Shown here one piece after another: positions 14,397 through 27,233 of a stretch of 64,000 bases of DNA. The stretch is from Octopus vulgaris (Eukaryota): contig OX597814.1 of the NCBI GenBank assembly GCA_951406725.2, positions 61,070,001 through 61,134,000 on the forward strand, read 5' to 3'. The translations under genes and the position numbers were made by a program. How positions within the stretch are numbered: position 1 is the first letter of the stretch; every line of letters starts with the position of its first letter. The notes under the pieces are model-generated. The model was not told the origin of the DNA. It worked only from the letters and a program-made list of their open reading frames with translations, and made no database searches.

Positions 14397-14459
14397 TTAA
14401 ACATTATAAAAATTCATTTTCTCTCTCATTCTATAATATTTTGATCTGAATTTTTGTAG

Positions 14460-14676
14460 GAGACAACAATCCACCTAAAGTTTATGCATACCAAATGGTA
14501 CGCACTGACTCCAAAGAACAAAAGTTAGATGCTTTTCTAAACAAGCCATCATCTTTTACATCCATTATGAAGACTTACCCAGTTTCTGAAGATGTTGAAA
14601 TGACAGCTGATTCAGCTACCAAATCTGATAGTAAAACGCCAAAGAAGGAAAATGTCGAGATGCAGCCTAGTAAAAA
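14460..14676 (+). CDS. MLH1: MLH1 coding exon, linker with the conserved MVRTD motif
   Basis: tag|GA GAC...AGT AAA AA|gttagt; 217 bp; GDNNPPKVYAYQMVRTDSKEQKLDAFL...EMQPSK. The 3' boundary is inferred from phase compatibility. Confidence 0.88.
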
Positions 14677-15783
14677 GTTAGTTCACTTGTCCGTCATATT
14701 TTTACTTGAGTTCCACTGGTTTGATACTTTTTGGTGATTCTGGTTAATTTCATATTTTTTTGTTTCAATCAGTTCTGTTCTTTGAATTTTGTTCTTGTTA
14801 AATTCATAGACACAGATGTGGCTGTGGGGTTAAGAAGTTTGCTTCCCACCTATGTGGTTTTGGCACCTTAGACAAGTGTTTTCTACTATAGCCCCAAGCC
14901 GACCAAAGTCTTGTGAATAGATTTGATTAGTAGATGGAAACTGAAAGAAGCCAGTTGTGTGTGTGCATGTGTGTATGTATGTATATGCATATGTGTGTGT
15001 GTGTATTAAAAAAATTTCAAGGGACCAGGAGATGAGGCAATTTGCTGTACTTGATAAGATGCTTCAAGCTAAGTAAAATTGCATACCCTTTCAGATGCCA
15101 GTGCTGCATAGACGTACCTGTACTGGTGGCACATAAAACCACCCGGCATACTCTGTTAAGTGGTTGGCATTAAGAAGGGCATCCAGCCATAGAAACCATA
15201 CCACAACAGATAGTTTGAGTCTGGACAGCTCCCTGCTAGCCAGCTCCATGTCAAACCCATCCAACCCATGCCAGTGTGGAAAGCAGACGTTAAACAATGA
15301 TGATATATATATATAGTCTTCTCTTCTTGTATTGCTATTAACCCTTTAGCATCAGATTACTCTGTCTGATGTAATGCTTTCTTATTCACTTTGTTTTGAA
15401 TTAATCATACAGTGTCTCATAGCTTCTTGGTTTTGATGATGTGATTATTTTTGGAATGATACTGTGAGAAGCCACATCTGGCCAGTTTGAACATAAATCA
15501 GTAGAATATTTGAGCCAGATACGGTCGGTTTAAATGTTGAAGAGTTAAGCTATTGACCTACACTTGAGCTATCTTGTTCGTTAACATTTTTACTACTAAT
15601 TTATTCTCTGTTTTGTATTCCATAATTTTTCCTTCCAGCCACCCACCTGTAGCTATTTAAATCAAACATCAATAACATTTATCCTTTAGTTCAGATGGCA
15701 TAAAATATGGTAGACTGTGCGTAGTGTCTTTTGCTCCTCGGTTTAATTAATAATTCAATTAATTAACTCATCATCTATGTAAA

Positions 15784-16115
15784 GGCGCATAGCTCAATGG
15801 TTAGAGTATCAGGCTCACAATCATGTGGTAGTGAATTCGATTCCCAGACTGAGCTGCATGTTGTGTTCTTGAGCAAGACACTTTATTTTATGTTGCTCCA
15901 GTTCACTCAGCTGTAGAAATGAGTTGCAACATCACTGGTGCCAAGCTGTATCGGATTTTGTCTTTCCCTTGGATAACATCAGTGGCGTGAAGAGTGGAGG
16001 CTGGTATGCATGGGTGATTGCTGGTCTTCCATAAACAATCTTGCTCAGACTTTTGCCTCAGAGGAAAACTTTCTAGGTGCAATTCCAAGGTCATTCATTA
16101 TCGAAGGGGTTCTTT
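15784..16115 (+). mobile_element. tRNA-derived SINE family C (related heads at about 45256-45585 +; 12995-13320, 29820-30130, 35365-35607, 44175-44490, 50680-50960 -)
   Basis: A box TAGCTCAATGG, B box GAATTCGATTCCC, domain TTCTTGAGCAAGACACTTTATTT...GCTCCAGTTCACTCAGCTG; several different 3' tails. Confidence 0.85.
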
Positions 16116-16474
16116 ACTCTTTTATCTATGTTAACTTTATTATAATTTGCTGGCACTAATCTACCAGCAATTACTTCTAGTTTTATCATTACAAAAATAC
16201 CTGTTTTAAAATGACCCTCCTTAAGTTAAAACCTTCTTTTATAATTTAAGTTATTCTAAATATCAGCTTAAATAGCTAAAATAACTAGCTATTCCAAATA
16301 GCTAGTTATTTTAGCTACATTCATCATAATTCTTGATTATTTTCAAAATTAAATGAGACTCATCCGCTGTATATATTATCTTTAAAAATATGATGACAAA
16401 ATAGATAAACAGTGATTGACATCATGTTTTGTTTTTCTCTGTTCCTCATTTTCTTTTATTCATTGAACCATGAG

Positions 16475-16614
16475 AAGAATGAAACTGGAGTCCAATGTAC
16501 AGTCACCTACTATTCCTGTTAGGAAGGCTAGTGAAAACGAACCTCAGCGACGCTCTATCAAGCTGACCAGTGTCTTGGAATTAAAGAAAGACTTCCAGGA
16601 AAACTACCATCAAG
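16475..16614 (+). CDS. MLH1: MLH1 coding exon (human exon 13 equivalent); acceptor at 16475 or 16478 (NAGNAG)
   Basis: (R)MKLESNVQSPTIPVRKASENEPQRRSIKLTSVLELKKDFQENYHQ G|gtaaat, compared with human PRRRIINLTSVLSLQEEI. Not in the ORF track. Confidence 0.88.
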
Positions 16615-17378
16615 GTAAATCTACTTTTACCATTTTATAATGTTGTAACTGTTTTTTTAAAACTCCTTCCTCTCTATACCATCACTACCTTCTTCACCAC
16701 CACCATCACCACCACCATCACCACCACTAAAAAGGGAATCCCTACATGGTCACTGGATTTGTTAGAAATAGCATTTTAAATAAAGGAATGATATATTGCA
16801 CAATTTTAATTTTTATGTAGTAAGAAGTTTACTTGCCAACTATGTGGTTCCAGGTTCAGTCTCACTCCATGGCACCTGGGGCTAGTGTCTTCTACTTTAG
16901 CCCCAGGCCAACCAAAGCCTTGTGACAGAAACTGAAAGGAGTTTATCATGTGTGTGTGTGTGTGTGATCATTTTGACACCTGACATCTGGCACCCATTGC
17001 CCCTGTACAGGTAATGTCAATCTGATGCAGGGAGTGAGCTTATCTCTACACAAATATTTGATCACTATAAACAAATCATGTGTATGGTTGTTCAGTAAGA
17101 AATTGTCAAACCCTCATACATCGTCTAATGACAGGAGAGTCCATCATATATACATACACACACACACATATATATATATGTATGTATGTATGTATATGAA
17201 TATGTGTTTGTTCTTCTTGCCTTGACATTGTTTGGCCACAGAGAAATATGACCTGCTTCAAAACAGGAGGGTTGGTGACAGGAAGGAACATCCAGCTGTA
17301 GAAAATCTACTTCAACAAATTCCATCCACCCCAAGTAAGGATGGAAAAGTGGACATCATCATCATGTATTATTATTAT

Positions 17379-17423
<45 letters not shown>

Positions 17424-19370
17424 CAACAGCAGCAGTATGGCAGCAAGCTGGCAGAATTGTTAGCATGCCAGGCAAAATGCTTAGCGGGTCAACTTTGCCT
17501 TTCATCCTTTTGGGGTCAATGAATTAAGTACCAGTGAAACACAGGGGTTGATGTAATTGACTAGTCCCCTCCCCACAAATTTCAGGCCTTGTGCCTATGG
17601 TAGAAAGGAGTAGTAGTAGTAGTAGTAGTTCTGTTCAGTGAGAGCAGAATTAATGTTAAACAACAGCTTATCTTTATGTATATGTAGAAATGATGTTACT
17701 ATCTCTGTTTCACTCTGTTTCTGATATAGGCAATGGTCACTGTGTATACTTATAGTGTTTGTGCATATTGCTGTGTGTGGTTTTTTTCATTGATTTTGTT
17801 AGTGTGTGTGTGTATGTTAATGTTTGTATTAATGTGCATTTGTTGGATATTGGTCTTACACTGCAAGTATTACTCACCTCTTCTAATAGTTATACCAATA
17901 AAACTGATTTTTTACTGAGTGTGTATGTGTGTTATTGCAGGTATTAGTGTATTTGTGTGTCCAAGATGTGATATGTGCATACGTGTGCATGTGTGTGTGT
18001 ATCTAGAGAGAGGAAGAAGGAGAGAGACTCATGTGAGATGTATGTGACTGCATGTCAATGTATGTATGTGTGTGTCCAGGTGTATGTAGGTATTAGTATA
18101 ATATATATATCATATTTATGGTGCACGTATGAGTTTAACTGTGTATGAGGTGTGCATGAGTGTATATGTATGCATTCTCATGTAGGATATCTGAGTGTAT
18201 ATCAGTCTGTGAGATGTGTGCACGTGAAACACAGAACTACCTCTGTGACTAATGATTGTCTGCATCAGCAATTAACGAGTATAAACAGTTCAAAATTGGA
18301 ATAAATTAGTTTACCATGAAGAAGATGACAAGTCTAACAATTCAGGCAACTGCTTGAAGCATTACAATTCTCTTCTTTTGAACTGTTTGTATCTATGTTA
18401 CTGTTAACGAACCTCAGCTTTGATTACATTACAGTCTCTCTGGTTGTTTATATTAAATCAAATTTTCTCAGACCTGTTATGTATAAGGTCTACCTTTTCA
18501 AATATGTCTTTTTTTTTTTAAGACTACTGTATGATTTTAAGACATTTCACTGCTGTTTTTAACAAATCAAACAATTTCATAGAGGCACATTTGTTTTGCT
18601 TAAATGCATGTCTCTGCATATGTATGTATGCATTTGTGTAAATTTATGGGTGGGGGGGTCTAGCTTCATATGTGTTGCTGGTCTAAGTTTTATTAACAAG
18701 TGTTATGTTATATAAACTCTATGCACAGTAATTTTGCCTGCTTCCCTGAAGCAAGGTTTCAAACCCTAGGCTCCATAATAACACTGTGTAACACGATTTT
18801 TATCCTTAGGTTGCAACTGTTATTTCTTATTTGCTTACACCTTAGAAAGTATGAAAAATGGCTAATATTTCCTTCAAACTTTGCTTTAGTTACATTTATT
18901 AAAATTCCAAAGAGTCCCTTTCAACACATGGCTATGGTGCTCCCCTACTACTCTTGCTTATGCACATATAGTCAACCACTAATGGACCTCCTCAAGTGGT
19001 TAAGGTCAAACAGCTGACAAACAAATCTGTGGTACTGAACAGAATATTTGCTATGACGATATTTCTGCTTCAGCTACTCAGGGCTGAATCTGTCTGAAAT
19101 GTAATGGAAAATAGGTCAATTTCAAGACATTGATGTCTATCTTACAAAAGCAAAGTTCAAAAGGAACTGCAAGTCATCATTTCCTTTGATTTCTAGATAG
19201 AAACAAATAGGAAATAATACTTACTGACCAAAGAGAAAAAGAATTTTTATTTTGTTAGATGGTGTAATGAATACCATTCTGTTAGATAAAGTCCTTTACC
19301 TAATAAATCATGCACATCTTTTTTTCTTATATTTCTTTTCTTCATTTTCATTAAAAACATTCCTACCCAG

Positions 19371-19479
19371 GCCTTCGTGAGATGTTGCAGAACCACAAGT
19401 TTATTGGATGCATCAACGAAGAACTGAGTTTGATGCAGCACCAGACTAAATTATACCTCATTAACAATGCCAAACTAAG
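19371..19479 (+). CDS. MLH1: MLH1 coding exon (human exon 14 equivalent)
   Basis: cag|GC CTT CGT...CTA AG|gtaagt; 109 bp; [37 protein letters not shown]. Confidence 0.96.
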
Positions 19480-19868
19480 GTAAGTCATTTTACACTTTAT
19501 TGCATCTTATTGTTTATTAGGTTAGATGTAATTCCCAGGAAAGCAAGTTCAATTTCATTTTGCTGCAGTGTCTTTTTTTTTTTTTTATTATCACTCTGAG
19601 CTTCTTAATGAAATCAAATTGGAAAGTCATTTAATGAGAAAAAGTACCTAATCTTTCAGTGCCTCAAGCTTTATATGTAGTTAGGCATGGCTGAGTGGTT
19701 AAGAAGCTTGCTTCCCAACCATGAGGATTCCAACTCAGTTCCATTGCACAGTACTGTTTGAAAAAGGCCAACTTTATTGTTCTGCAAGAAGAATTTGGCC
19801 ACAAAAAAATAATTTTTATTTCAACAAAAGACAGTCTGATAGGAAATATTATGTATTTTCTGTTGCAG

Positions 19869-19932
19869 TCAACAACTCTTCTATCAATTTCTACTGACTG
19901 ACTTTGGAAACTTTGGTGCCATCCGACTTTCT
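19869..19932 (+). CDS. MLH1: MLH1 coding exon (human exon 15 equivalent)
   Basis: cag|T CAA CAA...CTT TCT|gtgagt; 64 bp; QQLFYQFLLTDFGNFGAIRLS. Confidence 0.96.
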
Positions 19933-20336
19933 GTGAGTAAACATTTAGCATTCTTCTTTTCAACACCCTTTTCTTTTTTCTTTTGTTGATATGGTTTGAA
20001 TGGATCTATAAGCTCTGACACTTGTAGAAATTTCTGAAGCAGTTCTTATATGTTTAGTGGACAAATATGCATGCATACACACACACACACACACACACAC
20101 TTCCATATATTCTCCATCTTATTTCATTCACAAAGTATTGGTCAACTTGAGGCTCTGCATAAGTATATGTATGTGTGTGTTTGTGAAAAATCCAGTTGTC
20201 ACAAATTGTGACTGAGGCTGCTGGGTAGCACCTATATTGCTTGTTATTTCAAATATATATTCAAATATATTGCTTGTTATTTCAAGCAATATAAGTACCA
20301 CTTGAGCATATAACTATATTGCTTGAAATATAGGTT

Positions 20337-20384
20337 TGTGTGTGTGCGTGCATGTATGTATATATCTATATATGTGTGTGTGTT

Positions 20385-20427
<43 letters not shown>

Positions 20428-20556
20428 AAATATATATGTATATATATACGTATGTATATATATATATATGTATATATATGTATATATACATGTATGTACA
20501 TATATATATGTATGTATATATATATCTATATATATATATGTATGTGTGTATATATG

Positions 20557-20650
<94 letters not shown>

Positions 20651-20660
20651 CACATACACA
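20337..20660. repeat. Compound (TG)n/(TA)n/(GA)n microsatellite
   Basis: Direct reading; source of several spurious YIYI ORFs. Confidence 0.95.
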
Positions 20661-21246
20661 CTACTGCTAATCATATCTAATTTTCTTTGTTTGCATTATA
20701 ATGGACAATAAATTTCTTGAACCAATTAATTTTACACAACCTTTCTACTGAAATAGATGCAAAACCTGTTTTTTTTTTTTCTGTTTTTGCTTTTATTAAT
20801 CTGGTGAGCTAGAATAGGCAGAATCAGATGCTTTGCTCAGTGGTACCACACATAATGGCTGTAGTAGTAAGATTTGAACTTAGGATCAACCATATGGTCA
20901 GTAGTCTAGCACATTGGTTTCATATTTTGGCACAAGGCCAGCAATTTCATGGGGGCAGGGGATAAGTCAATTACATTAACCCCAATGCTCAAGCGGTACT
21001 TATTTTATCAAGCTCAAAAGGATATAAGCCAACCCTGACAGCATCTCAACTCAGAACGTAATGTTAGAAGAAATTCCACGAAGCATTTTGTCCAGTACAA
21101 TAATGATTCTCCCTGCTCGCCACCTTCCAGTACATTAACTTTACATCTATAGTACCTCTTACATTGGACTAACTGATTTTGTAAAGTATCAAATATTTGC
21201 TTATCAAACCAAATGTTTCAGGACTTCAATGTTTGTTTTCATACAG

Positions 21247-21411
21247 GAACCAGCACCTCTTTATGATTTAGCTCTGCTTGCACTTGATCTTGAAGAATGT
21301 GGGTGGACTGAAGCAGATGGCACCAAAGAAGACCTAGCTGACTACATTGTGAAATTCCTGTTCTCTAAAAGAGAAATGTTGCAGGATTATTTCTCTCTGG
21401 ATATTGATGAG
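21247..21411 (+). CDS. MLH1: MLH1 coding exon (human exon 16 equivalent)
   Basis: cag|GAA CCA...GAT GAG|gtaaat; 165 bp; EPAPLYDLALLALDLEECGWTEADGTKEDLADYIVKFLFSKREMLQDYFSLDIDE. Confidence 0.97.
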
Positions 21412-24400
21412 GTAAATAAGATCACTTGGATAATCTCTAAATGCTGCTATCTTTGTGTTCTGATAACCATTGTTTGACCTGTCTCAAATGGTCATATTCC
21501 CAGACAGTATGATGAGATAGAACTAAGAATGGATAATTTTAATTCTAGTATTGATCATTATTAGAGTTGAAGCTGGCTGAAATTGATAGTCACTGATTTG
21601 TACATCACTATTAATACCACACAGCATCCCAAACAAAGACACATGTCTTTCTCAATATTTTTTCTCTCTCTCTCTCTCTGACACACACACACACACACAC
21701 TCTCCCTCATTGTTTGGTAAAATTATCAGAAATATATATATCTGAACTATAGCTTCTTTCAATCAGTGTTTTGTCGACTCTACACATCAGTGGATTGTAA
21801 TCCTTACATATCAATACACATATATCTCACTCAACACATTTCTAATACAAGAATGTAGTGAACACTTTTATGTTTTTATTTCACATACACACATTCATAC
21901 CATATTTTCCTGCAAATCAGCATACTCTTTTACTTGTTTCAGTCATTTGACTGTGGCCATGCTGGAGCACCGCATTTTAGCCTAGCAAATCGACCCCAGG
22001 ACTTATTCTTTGTAAGCCTAGTACTTATTCTATCGGTCTCTTTTGCCAAACCGCTAAGTTACGGGGACGTAAACACACCCACATCAGTTGTCAAACGATG
22101 TTGGGGCAGGGACAAACACAGACACATATATATATATACGACAGGCTTCTTTCAGTTTCTGTCTACCAAATCCATTCTCAAGGCTTTGGTCGGCCCAAGG
22201 CTACAGTAGAAGACACTTGCCCAAGGTGCCACACAGTGGGACTGAACCCGGAACCATGTGGTTAGTAAGCAAGCTACTTACCACACAGCCACTCCTGCAC
22301 CTACCATAGTATATAAATTAAACATGTAGTGTAAATATTCAAGCATCATCACTATCTTCCCATATCCTGCTGCATTTCACAAGGAACTTTTGGTCCTCCA
22401 AAGTCAACCTACCATTTTTGGCTGTAAATTTTGGTCTGAAAAATTCAACTTATATTTTATATTTTATTTTTTATTTGTTTCAGTAATTAGACTGCAACCA
22501 TGCTGGGGTACCACCCTGAAGAATTTTTAGTTTACAAGAATTATTCTTCTTGTAAGCTTGATGCTTATTCTATCAGTCTCTTTTTGCCAAAACACTAAAT
22601 CATGGGGTACATAAACACACCAGCACCAGTTATCGAGTGGTGGTGGTGGCGGTGACAGACAAACACGGAAACAAAGACACACACACAAACATGACTAGCT
22701 TCTTTCAGTTTCTGTCTACTAAATCCACTCACAAGGCTTTGGTTGGCCCAAGGGTATAGTAGAAGGCACTTGCCCAAGGTGCAATGGAGATGCAGATCAA
22801 CTTGCCAAAGATAGTTGCAGTGTAATATATAATTGCTCAATGTTCTAATAGCTTAAATTGCCCTGAAAATACAACCTCTTTTAAATCATTACATGAAGAA
22901 CTTACCAATGGTGACCCAACATCTTAATGAATTATAAAGCCAAAAACACCGCATTTCTAACTGTTTGCTGTTGACCACTGCATTTACTGTCTTTAAGAAT
23001 AAAATTCCATTATTTGCCATGTTTAATTAGCATCATAGCTAATGGTTGTCAGTTGTAATTCATATTAGACCTTTATTGCTCTTGTTTTATCCAGAAAGAG
23101 GAGGAAGAAATTTAAAATTGCTGAATTATTTCTATAAACCACATTAAAGAAGTAGGCACAAGTTAATGTAACTTTCTCTTTTTCCACTGAACATAAATTT
23201 GTTGTAAAATTCAATTTAAATTTAAAATTGACAATTTTTATTATATTTGGTTTCAATTTGAGTTAGAATTAAATTTTAAATTCACATTCATACACAATAT
23301 TTCTGTATTAGAAAATATCTGTTGTATCACTTTGAAACTTTAAACTAAAGAAAGGAAACAATAAATCCTTCCACAGTAATTTCAAGTAGCTTTAAGTTAT
23401 TTCCAAATATTTATCTTAATAAGAACATTTATCTAATAAACTACTTTAAATTCTTGATTATTTTCAAAATTAATTGAAACTTAATTATAAGTAGTGTATT
23501 TCAATAGAAATAGTGTATCGAAAGTGTTAATATAAACCATGAGGAATATATAAAATGTTATGGTGTGTTCAAATTTTGTTGTTTCTCTTCCTGATGAAGT
23601 ATTCAGTTATGTATTGTTTAACCCTACATCAGCATTTCAGCCTTGTCCATCTTGTTTTATTGTAAATCTAAGACTACATTGCCCAATATGGCCTTCCTTT
23701 TGTTTTAAATAGTAGAATATAACTGATTAGAGGAAGAGTGTTTTTCTTTTTTGCTATTTCAACATATTGCCTATTCACTTTGCATTGACCAGGAGCGATT
23801 ACAAAGCACCACATAGAATAATCTGAAGCAAAACTTGATAGAAAGACATTCGCAAGCAACATATCTATCTAATACTTACAAAAGTAAATGATTAATTATG
23901 GAAGTGACTCCAAACCTAAATAACTTAAACTAGTCACAAACAAAAACCATTCCTTGATTGCTGAAATTCAAACCTGGCAGTAATTTTACCTAGTAAAGCA
24001 CTAATCTTAGTCCTCCTTCCTTTTTATCTAATTTTTATGGGAACTTATGGTGGCTGCACATGCCAACACCAATCACATCATCCAAAATGTGAGATTGTGA
24101 AGATCTAGGTGATAAACCTGGGAACTCAAAAGAAATTGTAAAGAACTCATGATAAAAACCTTAATAAATCAAGAGATGAAGCTAGAAATGCATGGTTAAA
24201 GAAGTTATTCATTTCACCCATTTGAGTCTCACAAGTCACCTATATTGCTAAGTGCTTTATAGGTGCAAAACGAATAGTCACTCTATGACCAGCCATAACT
24301 TTTAAAAATATATTACTGCTCTAATGCTTTAGAGCATGCTTCTTTTTCAGATATATGAACTACTGACAATATATATACATATATATATATATATATAAGA

Positions 24401-24453
24401 AATTAAAAAAGGAAAATACGCACACTTACATGGTTATAATATAATTTTTAATG

Positions 24454-24487
24454 TATCGACCGGTTTCGCAATCGCTATTCATGATAT
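24454..24487 (-). ncRNA. Minimal type-I hammerhead ribozyme motif with A3-U8 core variant
   Basis: Minus strand TATC-ATGAATA-GC-gatt-GC-GAA-ACCGGT-C-GATA; GUC cleavage triplet; palindromic stem III. Confidence 0.55.
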
Positions 24488-24718
24488 AATGTTTAATTTA
24501 TATGAATATTTTTTTTTTCAGAAGAAGAAATTTGGTCCATGTTGTTTGTAAAGAAATTCACGAGTGAATTTCATTCATGGAAATTGTTCAGTTTGAACAA
24601 TTTCCATGATGTTTCATATTTAGATGCTTTTAGAAAATCCATTCAGTTGTTAAACATAAATAAATCTTGGAATTAAATGGTTTTGATTTACTGTCAAGTG
24701 ACTTTTGGCCAAACCTGA

Positions 24719-25570
24719 TGAGGTGGTATCAAAAAGTTCTCAGACTAGTTATGTTTAATAAAAAATAACTTATTTACCTAGGGTTTAACATCATCTCCTA
24801 TGAAACAGTCACCTTGTGCAGCAACACACTGGTCGCAGCATTCCTGCTACCTTTGGAATCCAGCCAGGAAGTTGTTTTCTGTGGGTCAAGGACCTCCAGT
24901 GACAGAGGTGTTAAAACAGTAACCTTTGAGCTGCATTTTCATCTTAGGGAAGAGATGGAAATCCACATGTGCTAGATCTGATCAATAGGATGGGTGCAGA
25001 AGTGATACCATGTTGCTTTTGGTTAGAAACTCATGAATGAGAAGAGTTTGGTGAAGAATCCAATTCTTCGCACTCCACAGATCCAGTTGTTTTCACTGAC
25101 TGTCCTCCCTCAAATGCTTGAAAATGTAGAACTCTCGATTGATGAATTCTTGAATGTACAATACTACATTTGTAGAGGTGATGCATATGGTAGGTCTTTC
25201 AGATCACTCATCATCTTCCAGGGACATTCTTCTGCTTTTGGAACACCTATGTCACTCGAAGCATTGCGTATAAGCCATTGCCTCATCACTGTAGGCTTAT
25301 CAAGGCATGGTCTATGTCTCTGTAGCAGACTTCCCAAGTTTAATGCAAAATTTCACATTAGCTCTTTGTTCATGTCCATGACAAAATCGCAGACTACAGC
25401 ATACATGTGATCACAAAAACCCAAATTTCACAAGCTGCAAAGTAAACACTGCAATGTCACTCAGCACACTGCCTCATGGTCACTGCTAGCTCTCACTGTG
25501 AAAACAACTTTGTGCTGCCATCTGTGAGTGTGCTACAGAACTAGTCCAGGAACCTTTTGATACCTCCTCT
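24719..25570 (-). mobile_element. Second copy of the same internally deleted mariner family
   Basis: Same TIRs and colinear internal sequence as 3522-4280; C-terminal QERCDQCVAAQGDCF-like remnant. Confidence 0.85.
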
Positions 25571-25573
25571 TAA

Positions 25574-26318
25574 TCTTAATAATACTAAAACTCCAGGGAT
25601 GTTTGTGTATACCCGAAATAATATATTTTATTAAAATTTTTTTTGCATATTTATTTTTATACTTACCTTCAGCAGTGCAGTACAAATTTTTGTGACATTT
25701 GAACCTCTATTTATTAATGAAAACAAGAAAGCACAAATTTTGTGTTTACTCGTGACATCAACACACATACAGAATGAACACACATATAATGCATGTCATG
25801 GTCTGTCAATCAGCACAAACACACATCCACTATCTGTGACATATACACACACATAGTCTTTGCTTTCTCTAAGAAAAAAAAACATCGACTTTTTGACCTA
25901 CACAATATATTTTAATCAGTTAGAAATATTTTTAACTGAATGTGATTTCAAAAGTGTAAGTTGTTTGTACAGTAAGTCTTTATATTTTAGCTTTCTTTAA
26001 ACAGACAATATCTTAATGTATTTTTTAATTATTTTCAAGTCATTAATTTCCGTAAAAGATTTTTATATATTTACTTTTGTTTTAAAGTGAAAGAGAGAAG
26101 AAAGTGAAAGATGTATGTGTATGTGAAATAGATGTGTGTGTGTAAAAGAGAGTGAGAGGAAGAGAGAAAGAGAAAGAGAGAGAGTGAAGGGGTGTGTTGT
26201 CCTGTATACATACATCAATACATATGTGTACATCTTTTTTGTATGTATGTGTGCATGTATGTGTATGTGAGAGAGAGGGAGAGTGAACATGTGTGTTCTC
26301 ATGTATGTGTAAGTGGCA

Positions 26319-26351
<33 letters not shown>

Positions 26352-26899
26352 CCATTTCATACACATGTTCATACATCTTTCACTTTCTCCTCTCTTTCAC
26401 TTTAAAACAAAAAGTAAATAAATAAAAAAAATTTACGGAAATTAATGAACAAAACCAACTAATCTGGATGACAGTTCTGAGAGTCAAAGTAAAAGATCAC
26501 CCCAAGGGAATACCATTACAAAAAGTTTTTCAAGTGCATTCACTTTAAAATGGCGGTGCCCCAGCATGGCCACAGCTCATAAGCTGAAACTAGAATCAAT
26601 CAATCAATATCTCAGCTCCAAAGATTTGGCTGCTATTTCTAGCACATCCTGCTACCACGTAACAGCTATTTGTGATAAAGGACCCGAAATACCTGTTATG
26701 TGATGGCAGGGCATGCAAAAAAACGCAGCCAAATCTTTCCTTTTCTGGGAAAAGGAGCTATTTATGCATGATTTTGATGTCACATTCGTTGAAAGCATGC
26801 AAAATAACCTGGAAAAGAATAAAAAATCCCATGAAACAAAACTCCGTCGCTGGGAAACTCAGACTTTCCAGGTGACCCAGCGGGTCACAGGTAGTCTAG
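25574..26899 (+). mobile_element. Non-autonomous Helitron with an internal long inverted repeat
   Basis: 5' A|TCTTAATAATACTAAAA; 3' hairpin GTGACCC-agc-GGGTCAC then CTAG|T at 26896-26899. Linking the two ends into one element is inferred. Confidence 0.6.
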
Positions 26900-27140
26900 T
26901 ATATAATGTATGTGTATGTAGATGGGAAAACACACCTTGTAAATTATTAGCTATATTGTCATAAACAAATTAGTGTTGTCATTTTAAACCATGAAAAGTC
27001 TGTTTCTCACTTTTAGTAATGTCTGTAAATGTCTGCCTCTGTATTGTATATCAAATGTTCATTATATGAGACTCTTTGATGATGTAAATTATATTTTATA
27101 TTTTAACCATTTGCTTAATTCGTTTTTCATTCCTATCTAG

Positions 27141-27233
27141 AATAACAACTTGTGCACACTACCAATGCTTTTAGACAACTATATACCTCCAATGGAAAAT
27201 TTGCCTCTTTTTATTCTGCGAATTGCTACAGAG
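27141..27233 (+). CDS. MLH1: MLH1 coding exon (human exon 17 equivalent)
   Basis: tag|AAT AAC...ACA GAG|gtaaaa; 93 bp; [31 protein letters not shown]. Confidence 0.96.

Noticed and set aside
15784-15860. tRNA-like sequences at SINE heads (also 4826-4885, 37488-37558, 46679-46740, 55642-55713)
   Set aside because: No complete cloverleaf or acceptor stem; they continue into repeat bodies, so they are not tRNA genes.
19247-19441. Antisense ORFs overlapping MLH1 exons (also 10184-10390)
   Set aside because: Shadow frames of real exons; no independent support.
20231-20332. Short direct and inverted repeats of tatattgcttg
   Set aside because: Looks like local slippage or template switching in a decayed dispersed repeat (related sequence near 43643-43693); no clear functional pattern.
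21934-22309. Recurrent ORFs such as GHAGAP...LVLILSVSFAKPLSY and RQASFSF...GTEPGTMWLVSKLLTTQP
   Set aside because: Chance open frames within the multi-copy SINE A, not a protein family.
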